Of a stretch of 27,464 bases of DNA, positions 1-8,450 are shown one piece after another; position 1 is the stretch's first letter; the number at the start of each line of letters is the position of its first letter. The position numbers and the translations under genes are program-made. Source of the stretch: Candidatus Ratteibacteria bacterium (GTDB lineage Bacteria; Ratteibacteria; UBA8468; B48-G9; DTJG01). The stretch is taken from assembly GCA_049971295.1 (NCBI GenBank), contig JBMFLH010000019.1, positions 1 to 27,464 on the forward strand, written 5' to 3'. The notes under the pieces are model-generated. The model made no database searches. It was given only the letters and a program-made list of their open reading frames with translations, and had not been told where the DNA came from.

Positions 1-1
1 A

Positions 2-91
2 GGTTGTTGAAGACAGTTGAATCAGAGTGCAAAGACGTAAGGCAAAGCCAGCGATGAGTATGATTGATAGGATAATTTTTCTATATTTCAT
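2..91 (-). CDS. Partial (5' end) membrane protein, possibly a GT-C/ArnT-like glycosyltransferase; runs off the window
   Basis: ATG at 91 overlaps the epimerase stop (ATGA). Reads MKYRKIILSIILIAGFALRLCTLIQLSSTT; a hydrophobic helix ending in 'ALRL' is typical of GT39/ArnT-like N-termini. Confidence 0.5.
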   Translation of the reverse strand, partial: MKYRKIILSIILIAGFALRLCTLIQLSSTT

Positions 92-1056
92 TGGCGAGTT
101 GAATAAAAATCAACAGTGTCTTTTACGATTTGTTCAATTGACATGGAAGGTAAAAATCCCGTTAAACTTTTTAATTTTGAAATGTCGGGTACTCTTCTTG
201 ACATATCTTCAAACCCGCTTTGGTATATCGTTTCGGGTTTTATAAAAGCAATCTCAGAATTACTTTTTGTCAATTTTTTTACCAGTTGCGCAAGTTGAAG
301 AATTGAAATTTCTTCGGTACTGCCCACATTAACGATCTCTCCATGCGCCTGAGTAAGAATTGAAAGTTTGATAAGTGCTGAAACAGAATCTTTTACGTGA
401 GTGAAACACCGTGTCTGGCTACCATCGCCGAATATCGTGATTGGCTGGTTTGAAAGAGATTGCTTTATAAACCTTGGAAGCACCATTCCATATTTTTCTG
501 TTTGTCTGGGTCCCACTGTGTTAAATAACCTCACTATGATGACTTTCAGGTTTTTTTCTTCTGCATATGCAAGCGCCAGGAATTCATCCAGTGCTTTGCT
601 GCAGGCGTAACCCCACCTTTTTTTTGATGGGCTACCAATAATAATATCATCCTCTTCAGTAAACGGGATTTTTTTATTCTTGCCGTATACTTCAGAAGTT
701 GATGTGAAAAGCACTGGTTTGTTATATTTTGCTGCTGCATCAAAGACATTTTTTGATCCTTCAATGTTTATTTCAATTGATTCAAGTGGTTTTTCAAGAA
801 CTGTTTTCACTCCCACTGAAGCCGCAAGGTGAAAAATAAAGTCCACCTGCATACACAGTTGTTCAACGATATAGCGATTCAGGATACTATCTATAAACAG
901 ATGAAATCCTGGATTTTTCAAATGATGTTTGATGTTTTCGATGGAACCAGTGGAAAGGTCATCAATAACAGTAACATCAGAAGTTGGGTCAGAAAGAAGT
1001 GCGTCAACAAGGTGAGAACCAATAAATCCAGCACCTCCTGTGATTAGATACTTCAA
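88..1056 (-). CDS. NAD-dependent nucleotide-sugar epimerase/dehydratase (extended SDR; GalE/UDP-glucuronate decarboxylase-like)
   Basis: TGGAGFIG NAD motif, STSEVYG, YACSK (YxxxK), GDGSQTRCF. Start re-called at TTG 1056 (MKYLITGG...) because AGGAGGA lies just upstream at 1061-1067; the ORF-track extension to 1167 overlaps promoter signals. Confidence 0.9.
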   Translation of the reverse strand: MKYLITGGAGFIGSHLVDALLSDPTSDVTVIDDLSTGSIENIKHHLKNPGFHLFIDSILNRYIVEQLCMQVDFIFHLAASVGVKTVLEKPLESIEINIEGSKNVFDAAAKYNKPVLFTSTSEVYGKNKKIPFTEEDDIIIGSPSKKRWGYACSKALDEFLALAYAEEKNLKVIIVRLFNTVGPRQTEKYGMVLPRFIKQSLSNQPITIFGDGSQTRCFTHVKDSVSALIKLSILTQAHGEIVNVGSTEEISILQLAQLVKKLTKSNSEIAFIKPETIYQSGFEDMSRRVPDISKLKSLTGFLPSMSIEQIVKDTVDFYSTRQ

Positions 1057-1101
1057 TCTTTCCTCCTTTTGTGTTTTCCCAATGTCTGTAATCTTACAAG
1101 C

Positions 1102-1130
1102 ATTATACCCGAAATTGAAAATTTTTGAAA
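1102..1130 (-). promoter_or_regulatory. Putative sigma70 promoter for the epimerase gene
   Basis: Minus strand TTTCAA-N17-TATAAT, with the -10 at 1107-1102, upstream of the SD and TTG start. Confidence 0.5.
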
Positions 1131-1159
1131 TTGACTGATAATAGCGCTGACTGTATAAT
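1131..1159 (+). promoter_or_regulatory. Near-consensus sigma70 promoter for the small basic ORF
   Basis: TTGACT (1131-1136)-N17-TATAAT (1154-1159). Confidence 0.75.
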
Positions 1160-1198
1160 AGATACAAAGGTGTATAAGTTCATTAAAAAGAGGAAAAG

Positions 1199-1273
1199 AT
1201 GAGAAGAAAAAAACGGAAACTCAGGTGGCGATCAAAAAGGGCTAACCACAGAAAAAAGCCTTCAATGGGATGA
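1199..1273 (+). CDS. 24-aa basic small protein, probable 50S ribosomal protein bL37 homologue
   Basis: MRRKKRKLRWRSKRANHRKKPSMG*. GAGGA SD at about 1190-1194 and its own promoter. The ANHRKKP motif resembles the ANHGKRP motif of actinobacterial bL37, and the length is similar. Confidence 0.75.
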   Translation: MRRKKRKLRWRSKRANHRKKPSMG

Positions 1274-1275
1274 TG

Positions 1276-2205
1276 TTAAATAAAAAGCGAACTTACCGAT
1301 GTTTCCTGATGTATTCTTTTTATGGCTTCACCAAGCAATTCTGCCACAGAAATAACAGTAAATATTTCAGGTAACGACTGGTGAGGAATTGTATCAGTCA
1401 CAATAATTTCTGTAATTCCAGCACCTGCAAGTTTTGTAATTGCATTTCCTGAAAGAACTGGATGTGTGCAACTGACAAAAACTTTTGACGCTCCATTTTC
1501 AAGAAGCACCCTGGTGGCTTCAATGACAGTGTTTCCTGTAGAGATCAAATCGTCAACAATAATTACTTCGCAGTTAGAAACATCACCAATGAGATGGGTC
1601 GCTTCAACTGAATCAGGGTTGTCCCTCCTTTTATCTACTATTGCCATCCTTGTGTTGATTCTTTTTGCAAACGCCCTTGCCATTTTTACGCTTCCAACAT
1701 CAGGTGCTACAACGACAGGATTAGTCAGGTTCTTGCTCTTTATATAGGTAATGATTACAGGGGCAGCAAAAAGATGGTCAACTGGAATATCAAAAAAGCC
1801 CTGAATTTGCGGTGCGTGAAGGTCCATAGTTAATATCCTCTGAGCGCCTGCAGCGACAAGAAGATTTGCTACCAATTTTGCTGTTATCGGGACCCTGGGT
1901 CTATCTTTTCTGTCCTGTCGCGCATAGCCATAATATGGTAAAACTGCTGTAATTCTACGGGGAGATGCCCTGCGGAAGGCATCAAGCATAATCAAAAGTT
2001 CCATAAGATTTTCGTTTACAGGAAAGCAGATTGGCTGAATGATAAATACATCCTTCCCCCTTGCGTTCTCTTCTATTTTTACTGAAATTTCACCGTCATT
2101 AAATCTTGAAACCTCCATTTGCCCCAGTGATTTTCCAAGAAACTCACATATTTTTTCTGCAAGGGGTCTATTAGCATTTCCCGTGAAAATCAGACAGTTA
2201 TTCAT
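1276..2205 (-). CDS. prs: Ribose-phosphate pyrophosphokinase
   Basis: PYYGYARQDRK, DLHAPQIQGFF, APDVG and IIVDDLISTGNT (PRPP-binding) motifs. Confidence 0.98.
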   Translation of the reverse strand: MNNCLIFTGNANRPLAEKICEFLGKSLGQMEVSRFNDGEISVKIEENARGKDVFIIQPICFPVNENLMELLIMLDAFRRASPRRITAVLPYYGYARQDRKDRPRVPITAKLVANLLVAAGAQRILTMDLHAPQIQGFFDIPVDHLFAAPVIITYIKSKNLTNPVVVAPDVGSVKMARAFAKRINTRMAIVDKRRDNPDSVEATHLIGDVSNCEVIIVDDLISTGNTVIEATRVLLENGASKVFVSCTHPVLSGNAITKLAGAGITEIIVTDTIPHQSLPEIFTVISVAELLGEAIKRIHQETSVSSLFI

Positions 2206-2951
2206 TGTTTTCTCCTTAAACTTAAAATGTATTGCTGGGCTTTTTCCAGGTCTTCAGGGGTGTTAATTCCTATAGTTTCTTCAGGCCATGGGGTTGTCCA
2301 CGTTGAAACTTTTCTTCCTTCTAATATAAAAATTTCAATCACATCAGTAAGATAGTACTCATTTTTTACAGGATTCGGTTTCACTTTTTTTAGAGCTTCA
2401 AAGAGAATTTTATTTGTAAAGATATAAACTCCAGCGTTAATTTCTTTAATCTGCTTTTCTTCGTTCGATGCATTGATTTCTTCAACAATCTTTATCACTT
2501 TGTTTGCCCTATCTCTTACAATTCTGCCATATCCATATGGCTGGTCAACAATGGCAGTAAGAATTGTACAATCAGCTTGGGTGTTTTCATGTGTTTCATT
2601 CAGTTTATTGATCGTTTCAAAAGAGAGAAAAGGCACATCTCCGCACAGAACAATAACATTTCCACAAAAATCTGAAAACTCGTTTTCTGTCATCATTACT
2701 GCATGACCTGTACCAAGTAGTTGTTTTTGTTCAACAAATATGACAGGTTCTTTTTTCAATTGTTCCATTACCTTTTCTTTTTGAAAGCCAACGACCACGA
2801 CGATTTTTTTCGGGTTGCACTGCTTGATTGTGGATATTAAATAAGCAAGAAGGGGCTTACCGAGTATCTGAGTCAATGTTTTTTGATTTTCTCCGCCTAG
2901 CCGTTTACCGTAACCGGCTGCAAGGATAATTGCTGATATGTGATTATTCAT
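2202..2951 (-). CDS. GlmU N-terminal pyrophosphorylase (uridylyltransferase) domain only; lacks the LbH acetyltransferase domain
   Basis: ILAAGYGKRL, QLLGTGHA, LCGDVP, GYGRIVR, EINAGVY, EYYLTD, GINT. Ends at 249 aa with its stop overlapping the prs ATG (ATGA). Sits in the canonical spoVG-glmU-prs position. Confidence 0.88.
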   Translation of the reverse strand: MNNHISAIILAAGYGKRLGGENQKTLTQILGKPLLAYLISTIKQCNPKKIVVVVGFQKEKVMEQLKKEPVIFVEQKQLLGTGHAVMMTENEFSDFCGNVIVLCGDVPFLSFETINKLNETHENTQADCTILTAIVDQPYGYGRIVRDRANKVIKIVEEINASNEEKQIKEINAGVYIFTNKILFEALKKVKPNPVKNEYYLTDVIEIFILEGRKVSTWTTPWPEETIGINTPEDLEKAQQYILSLRRKQ

Positions 2952-2967
2952 TATTTTTTCAAGGTAC

Positions 2968-3038
2968 CTGCCCGGCGAGGATTTGAACCTCGAACCACGG
3001 CTCCAAAGGCCGGTGTGTTACCGTTACACCACCGGGCA
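2968..3038 (-). tRNA. tRNA-Gln (TTG); CCA not encoded
   Basis: TGCCCGG/CCGGGCA acceptor stem, GTGT/ACAC D stem, CT-TTG-GA anticodon loop, CGAGG-TTCAAAT-CCTCG T arm. Confidence 0.97.
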
Positions 3039-3049
3039 AAATCAATCAG

Positions 3050-3442
3050 TTATTTATTATTTTCTCTTCCGGTGGCGCTTTCTTTTTGCTGGTTGTATGC
3101 CTCAAGAATCTTTTTTTGTAGATAATCCCGGAACTGAGTATTTATTGGATGAGCAAGATCTTTATGTTGTTGTGGACCGGTTTTCTGATTTTTTTGTTCC
3201 GCATTTTTAATTTCTGCTCCGCACTGTCCGCAGAATTTATTTGTCACCGGATTTTTGAAGTTGCACCTGGGACATGGCTTCTGCATCTTTCTGCTGGGCA
3301 TGGCGATGAAGAGGCCATTTTTCCCTTCAATAATCCGAATTTCACGGATTACGAATGAATTGTCAAAGGTCACCGACGCGTATGCGCGTAATCTGCTATT
3401 TGGTTTGTTGATTGGCGAAATTCTGGTTTCAGTAATTTCCAT
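3050..3442 (-). CDS. spoVG: SpoVG-family nucleic-acid-binding protein with an inserted zinc ribbon
   Basis: MEITETRI...LRAYASVTFDNSFVIREIRIIEGKNGLFIAMPSRK...KDLAHPIN. Insert CPRC-x10-CGQC. Start at 3442 after AGGAGGA. Confidence 0.92.
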   Translation of the reverse strand: MEITETRISPINKPNSRLRAYASVTFDNSFVIREIRIIEGKNGLFIAMPSRKMQKPCPRCNFKNPVTNKFCGQCGAEIKNAEQKNQKTGPQQHKDLAHPINTQFRDYLQKKILEAYNQQKESATGRENNK

Positions 3443-3455
3443 GTTGTTCCTCCTT

Positions 3456-4331
3456 TTACAGGCAAGTGCGATGACTTTCAAGTTTATAGTAACGCCAGTG
3501 CCGGATTATTTCCGGTTTTCTATCAAGAAGAAGCCGGTCCATTTTTCCTAAAGCATAAACACCTCCTCCTGACCCGGTCAGAATGAAACGTTTTCCGCTC
3601 CAGTCCTCAAGACATCTAATCGCTGTGTCAATTTCCGGGTAAATTTTTCGCGTCACCTCCTCCAGTTTGTTGAATAAAAATTTTTCCATTTGTTTTATGT
3701 CACCTTCTTTCCATGATGACACGAAAATTTTAATTCGTAAATGGGCTGATGTCAAATCACCTAAAAGTTCAGAAGAAAGATGATCGTAAATTAATTTCGT
3801 TGAGACCTGAAATTCCGGAACAAAAAGATGAAAGGACAGAGGGGGTAAATTTCCTGCAGGATGTATGATTTCACCCCTGCCTTCGATGATACAGGGGCCT
3901 TCTGTTAGAAATAGAGGTACATCAGAACCAATTTTGCTGCCGATGTTTATCAAGTCATTCTGCTGAAGCTGAAGTTGCCAGAGCTGATTACACCCTTTCA
4001 ATATTGCTGCAGCGTCACTGCTTGCGCCGCCCAGACCACTTCCTGGTGGGATATGTTTTGTTATAACAATTTTTAATGGATATTTCTTAGCCCTATCAGG
4101 GAATAGTTGTGAAAGCTGATCAATAGTTTTTTTTACTGTGTTTTCTTCTGGTATCGACCATGGTCCTGAAAACTGTATGGAATGTTTCTTGTGTTTAAGA
4201 ATCTCTATCTCATCTGTAAGATTTACCTTTTCCACAAGAGAGCAAATATTATGATACCCATCTGGTCTTTTTCCTGTTACCTCAAGGAAAAGATTAATTT
4301 TTGCTGGAGCCAGGACCTTTATTTTTTCCAC
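3456..4331 (-). CDS. ispE: 4-diphosphocytidyl-2-C-methyl-D-erythritol kinase
   Basis: APAKINLFL, DGYH, IPPGSGLGGASSDAA, GSDVPLF, LTGSG. Confidence 0.96.
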   Translation of the reverse strand: MEKIKVLAPAKINLFLEVTGKRPDGYHNICSLVEKVNLTDEIEILKHKKHSIQFSGPWSIPEENTVKKTIDQLSQLFPDRAKKYPLKIVITKHIPPGSGLGGASSDAAAILKGCNQLWQLQLQQNDLINIGSKIGSDVPLFLTEGPCIIEGRGEIIHPAGNLPPLSFHLFVPEFQVSTKLIYDHLSSELLGDLTSAHLRIKIFVSSWKEGDIKQMEKFLFNKLEEVTRKIYPEIDTAIRCLEDWSGKRFILTGSGGGVYALGKMDRLLLDRKPEIIRHWRYYKLESHRTCL

Positions 4332-4899
4332 GAACCACCTTTACCTGAGCGGGTTTGAGAAGTTTGCCGTTGATGGTATAACCGGGACGAACCTCTTCAA
4401 TGATTTCACCTTCTGGTTTTTCGTTTGTTTCAACAATTTCAACTGCTTCGTGAATCATTGGATCAAATAGTTTTCCCTGTGTTTCAATCTTTTTCACTCC
4501 CAGGGATTCCAGCAATGATGTGAATTGCTTTTTAAGCATGACAAGACCGTCTGACACATTTTTGTTTATCTCCTTGCTTGAACAAACATCGTTTACAACC
4601 TTTTCAAAAATTTCATCAAAGAAAAGGAGTTTTTCGGCAAAAGACGCCTGAAGAAATGCACTGAATTCCTGTTTTTCTTTTTCCACTCTTTTTCTGAGAT
4701 TTTCCATTTCAGCAGCCAGCCGTGCCGCCCTTTCCTTCCATTCTGAAACTTCTTTTTCCATATTTGTAATTTTTGCTTCAAGCGCCTTGCACTCGTTTTC
4801 CATTTGCTTTGCTTTACTTCTGAAGGCAGCAATTTTCCTGAAATCCTTTTCCCTAATATGGATAATTTTTTCTTTGTTATTGTTGTTCATGGGCGTCAT
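4294..4899 (-). CDS. grpE: Nucleotide exchange factor GrpE
   Basis: RLAAEMENLRKR coiled coil, FDPMIHEAV, GYTINGKLLKPAQVKV. Start taken at ATG 4899 (ATGA overlap with the lepB stop). Confidence 0.93.
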   Translation of the reverse strand: MTPMNNNNKEKIIHIREKDFRKIAAFRSKAKQMENECKALEAKITNMEKEVSEWKERAARLAAEMENLRKRVEKEKQEFSAFLQASFAEKLLFFDEIFEKVVNDVCSSKEINKNVSDGLVMLKKQFTSLLESLGVKKIETQGKLFDPMIHEAVEIVETNEKPEGEIIEEVRPGYTINGKLLKPAQVKVVRGKNKGPGSSKN

Positions 4900-5474
4900 C
4901 TGATTAACCCCATTCTCCACGGTGGCCAGTAAATGAACAATGCCTTGCCAACGAGATTTTTTGAAGGAACAAAACCCCAGTATCTGCTATCACGACTGTT
5001 GATACTATTATCCCCCAACACGTAATAAGCAGAGGCAGGAATTTTAATTTCTTCATGGACTCCATATGAAGCATCAATATCGCTGTAATAGTAGAGGGCA
5101 GTTGAGACATAATCCGGCTGTTGCATGTTTTTGCCATTGATGCATACATGGCCATTTTTTATTATAAGAGATTCCTTTGGAAGACCGACAAGTCTTTTAA
5201 CGAAATATTTTGAAGGGTCTTCAGGGTACTTGAAAATAATTACCTCCCAGCGATGGGGTTGCCTGATTTTGTAAATGATTTTGTTGGCAAGGAGACGGTC
5301 ATGAATCTTTAGAGTGGGTTTCATTGATTCGCTTGGAATGACAAATGCCTGAACAAAAAATTGCCTGAGAATCAATACAAAAACAATAGCCCATACCCAC
5401 GAAAGAATTTCTTTTTTTCTTTTCTGCATCTTTGAATACGACTGTAATTTTTCTTTGTTCTTGTTCTGTTTCAT
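4896..5474 (-). CDS. lepB: Signal peptidase I
   Basis: Single TM helix, IPSESMKPTL (catalytic Ser), FVKRLVGLP (catalytic Lys), LGDNSINSRDSRYWG. Confidence 0.96.
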   Translation of the reverse strand: MKQNKNKEKLQSYSKMQKRKKEILSWVWAIVFVLILRQFFVQAFVIPSESMKPTLKIHDRLLANKIIYKIRQPHRWEVIIFKYPEDPSKYFVKRLVGLPKESLIIKNGHVCINGKNMQQPDYVSTALYYYSDIDASYGVHEEIKIPASAYYVLGDNSINSRDSRYWGFVPSKNLVGKALFIYWPPWRMGLIR

Positions 5475-5480
5475 ATTATT

Positions 5481-6599
5481 TTAAGATGTTTTTGTTGTTA
5501 TCTTGGTTTCATTTTTCACAATTAACCGGTTATAGATTTCGCTGTATTTTTTCACCATATCCGTGGCCGAAAATTTTTCTACCTGATTTTTCGCATTGTT
5601 TCCCATTTGAATGCGCATGTTGTGGTCCGCAGCAAGCATCAGAATGGAATTTGCCAAATCTTGTGGGTTACCTGGTTCAACCAATAGTCCAGAAATCCTG
5701 TGTTGTAAAATTTCAGGCAAATCTCCAACTTTTGTCGCAATAATGGGTTTTCCGCATGCCATTGCTTCCAGCGCAATAACCGGGAAACCTTCCCACAGAG
5801 ATGGAATAACGACAATGTCAAATGTTAGTATATAATTATACACATCTTCCACAAAACCATGAAATTCGAAATTTTGCATAAGATGGAGATGTTGAATTTT
5901 TCTCTTAAGTTGATGTTCAAGTGGTCCTTTCCCCAGAATGATAAACCTGATATCCTTTCTTTTCTTACATACAAGGGCTGCAGCATCAATAAGAATTTCA
6001 TATCCTTTGGCTTTTCTTAAATTACCGACTGCACCAACATAAATTCCTGCGTGCGAGATACCAGTGGCATTTCTTAATTTTTTTTCCACTTCTGCTAAGT
6101 CAATTCCATTTGGAATGACAATGATTTTTTTCTCTGGAATATGTGCCTTTTCAATAAGAATTTTTTTCCCTGCGTTTGAATTAGAAATAAACGCAGAACA
6201 AAAAATCGTCGCAAATTTTTCAATTCTCCAGTGTATGAGTTTTTTCCAGACATCAGTACTTCTTTGAGAACAAACAAGAGGTCTCCAGAAAAAAAATCTC
6301 AACAGCCCGGCAAATACATTTCCGGCAAAAAGAAAACCATGCAGCAGGCAGGGTTTTTCCTTCAAAATAACGAAAAAAAAAGTTTTGAAAATCGTGCAAA
6401 GCGGTCTTTTTTTTATATTCAGAATATGATGTTTTATGTGATAGATCTCAAGCAACTTATGAAACGGACCCTTTCCCTGTAATGTTAATATAATGGGTTG
6501 GTAACCATAATCAGATATTTTTGTTGCCAGCATCACTACCATTTTTTCAGTTCCACCTATGTCTTTGCTCGGTAAAATATAAAGGATTTTATTTTTCAT
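5481..6599 (-). CDS. Glycosyltransferase family 4 (GT-B)
   Basis: GGTEK N-terminal motif, IPNGID, VGNLRKAKG, PSLWEGFPVIALEAMACGKP (E-x7-E). Confidence 0.93.
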   Translation of the reverse strand: MKNKILYILPSKDIGGTEKMVVMLATKISDYGYQPIILTLQGKGPFHKLLEIYHIKHHILNIKKRPLCTIFKTFFFVILKEKPCLLHGFLFAGNVFAGLLRFFFWRPLVCSQRSTDVWKKLIHWRIEKFATIFCSAFISNSNAGKKILIEKAHIPEKKIIVIPNGIDLAEVEKKLRNATGISHAGIYVGAVGNLRKAKGYEILIDAAALVCKKRKDIRFIILGKGPLEHQLKRKIQHLHLMQNFEFHGFVEDVYNYILTFDIVVIPSLWEGFPVIALEAMACGKPIIATKVGDLPEILQHRISGLLVEPGNPQDLANSILMLAADHNMRIQMGNNAKNQVEKFSATDMVKKYSEIYNRLIVKNETKITTKTS

Positions 6600-7203
6600 A
6601 GTATGGGTGATTTCTTGGTTTTACACCATTCTGGATTCTTTCGAACGCCAGTATCGCATTCAGGACAGGGTCTGGAAATGTTTCCACGAATATCTTTTTT
6701 GAATCAAACAAAGGGAAAATACTTCTATCAGGTCCTGCAATAATTCTTGCATTTTTGAGTTTTTCTGATAATTGTTCAATTGTACATGAAGAAAATTTTC
6801 CGTGTTTTTTTCCCATGGAAGAGGGTTTTCTAAAAAAGCCAAAGTGAACAGAATTTCTTACTGAAGGAAGAAAGACACTAACATTGTTTTCATTTTTCAT
6901 CTGGTATGCCATTGCTTCAAGACTGCTCAAACCGAAGACTTTTGTTTTATCGGCTATAGCAAGTCCATATGCAACAGCAAGGCCAAGTCGTACCCCTGTC
7001 CAGGAACCAGGTCCGGTGGAGACAATAAAATATTCAAATTGTGCAACTTCTAATCCGGTTTTTTTAAGCATTTTATCAATTTCTGGAAAAATTTCAGCAC
7101 TTGTATCCTCGCTAACCCAGATTTTCTTTGCAAGAACCTTTTGATTTTCCAGCACAGCGATACCTGCGCGCCAGGTTGAGCATTCAATGGAAAACAGGTA
7201 CAT
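6589..7203 (-). CDS. tsaB: tRNA threonylcarbamoyladenosine biosynthesis protein TsaB
   Basis: SIECST N-terminus, STGPGSWTGVRLGLA and SSLEAMA motifs. Confidence 0.9.
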   Translation of the reverse strand: MYLFSIECSTWRAGIAVLENQKVLAKKIWVSEDTSAEIFPEIDKMLKKTGLEVAQFEYFIVSTGPGSWTGVRLGLAVAYGLAIADKTKVFGLSSLEAMAYQMKNENNVSVFLPSVRNSVHFGFFRKPSSMGKKHGKFSSCTIEQLSEKLKNARIIAGPDRSIFPLFDSKKIFVETFPDPVLNAILAFERIQNGVKPRNHPYYEK

Positions 7204-7206
7204 GGT

Positions 7207-8325
7207 TTAAAGTGTGGAGTTCAGTATTTCAGTTAAACTTTTGCTGTCTATTGGGAAATTTTTATCAAGCGTTTTTTGTGAAATGAGCTCTACTGTTCCT
7301 GTTCCAAGTGGAACTTTTCCTTTCATAAGCAATGGAAGTTTTTCTTTATCAGCAGAAATTGAAACAAAGAGTTTGCCCTTTCTGAAGATTGCCTCATCTT
7401 CTGATGCTTCTGATTGAATCAGCCAGTAATCCCTTTTGCCAACGATAAAGTTATCAATATTTTTTTCTATGAAAAATAAGTAGATGTCAGTAATTTTCGT
7501 AATGCCAACTGGCATTTTTGAAGATGGCATCTGTTCTCCAGCCATGCCCCTGATGGCATAAAGCGCTGATAGCCCATCAAACAGGATACCAGAAAAATTT
7601 ACCTTTCCTGATTTTGCACCATACTGCTTGCCGTCTTTATATTTTTTCACTTCATATGAAAGGGTTTTTGTTCGGTGGTCAATAATACTTCTTGTAACCT
7701 GGCTTGTTGTTGATGACGCAGAGTACTGATAATAGTAAAATGGAAGATTGGTCTTGCTATCGATATATGAATCAAACCTGTTATATCCACTACCAAGTTT
7801 TGTCCAAATTCCTTCTGGTACAGTGAGGCCAACAAAGTGATAAACATCCTGATTATCGATTTTTTCTTTTTTGCATGCCAGAAGCAATTTTCCAACATTT
7901 GCAAAATTCCACTTTATCCTGAAGACAAGGCACTCTCCAGGAACCATCAGAAGCGGACTTTTTGATACAGTAATTTCTGGGATTTTTTTCTTCTCTGGGA
8001 CCTTCGTAATCACTGTACATTTTTCTTCTAGAGGTTTTGATACAACGGTTTCTGTTTGATTTGAAACACATCCCTTCAGATCAGTATCAGAAGATGACTT
8101 TTCAAAGTTCATGGCAGGTTTTATGGCGGGTTTTTCAACAAATATCTTTGTTTCACTGATTGGTTCGTATTTCTCAGCAGGAGTCATTATCACCATAGGA
8201 ATGGTTTCTTCTGAAATATTTTCTGCCGGGATGTTCTCTATTTTTTTGATAACAATGTCTCTCTTTTCTGAGCAACCGCTAATAAATAAAACCAACAGAA
8301 TTATCAGTATCGTTTTGTATTTCAT
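7207..8325 (-). CDS. Lipoprotein with a probable C-terminal DUF3108-like beta domain
   Basis: Signal peptide with lipobox FISG-C, Pro/Lys/Glu-rich linker, then PGECLVFRIKW...FDSYID...FDGLSALYAIR...SADKEKLPL, resembling DUF3108. Confidence 0.6.
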   Translation of the reverse strand: MKYKTILIILLVLFISGCSEKRDIVIKKIENIPAENISEETIPMVIMTPAEKYEPISETKIFVEKPAIKPAMNFEKSSSDTDLKGCVSNQTETVVSKPLEEKCTVITKVPEKKKIPEITVSKSPLLMVPGECLVFRIKWNFANVGKLLLACKKEKIDNQDVYHFVGLTVPEGIWTKLGSGYNRFDSYIDSKTNLPFYYYQYSASSTTSQVTRSIIDHRTKTLSYEVKKYKDGKQYGAKSGKVNFSGILFDGLSALYAIRGMAGEQMPSSKMPVGITKITDIYLFFIEKNIDNFIVGKRDYWLIQSEASEDEAIFRKGKLFVSISADKEKLPLLMKGKVPLGTGTVELISQKTLDKNFPIDSKSLTEILNSTL

Positions 8326-8346
8326 TTTCGGAATCTTTGATAATTT

Positions 8347-8355
8347 ATTCTATCA
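8347..8355 (-). promoter_or_regulatory. Possible extended -10 promoter for the leftward operon
   Basis: Minus strand TG-A-TAGAAT about 20 nt upstream of ATG 8325; no good -35. Confidence 0.35.
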
Positions 8356-8421
8356 TAAGACGCTTTTCAATGCCAGAAGTTTATTTTCCGTCATTCATAA
8401 TTTTATACATTTGTCATTTTG

Positions 8422-8450
8422 TTGACAAGTGTGTGTTGATTTTGTATGCT
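8422..8450 (+). promoter_or_regulatory. sigma70 promoter for the Fur-family gene
   Basis: TTGACA (8422-8427)-N17-TATGCT (8445-8450). Confidence 0.7.

Noticed and set aside
1057..1167. ORF-track N-terminal extension of the epimerase (start 1167)
   Set aside because: A strong AGGAGGA SD precedes TTG 1056 at the Rossmann start, and the extension overlaps two promoter motifs.
1234..1263. Possible intrinsic terminator after prs (GGCT...AGCC followed by a U-run on the minus strand)
   Set aside because: The stem is only about 4-6 bp with a 13-nt loop; the A-runs are better explained as Lys/Arg codons of the small plus-strand ORF.
2202..2951. glmU as a pseudogene
   Set aside because: The ORF ends cleanly at the domain boundary, is ATGA-coupled to prs, retains its catalytic motifs and leaves no LbH remnant.
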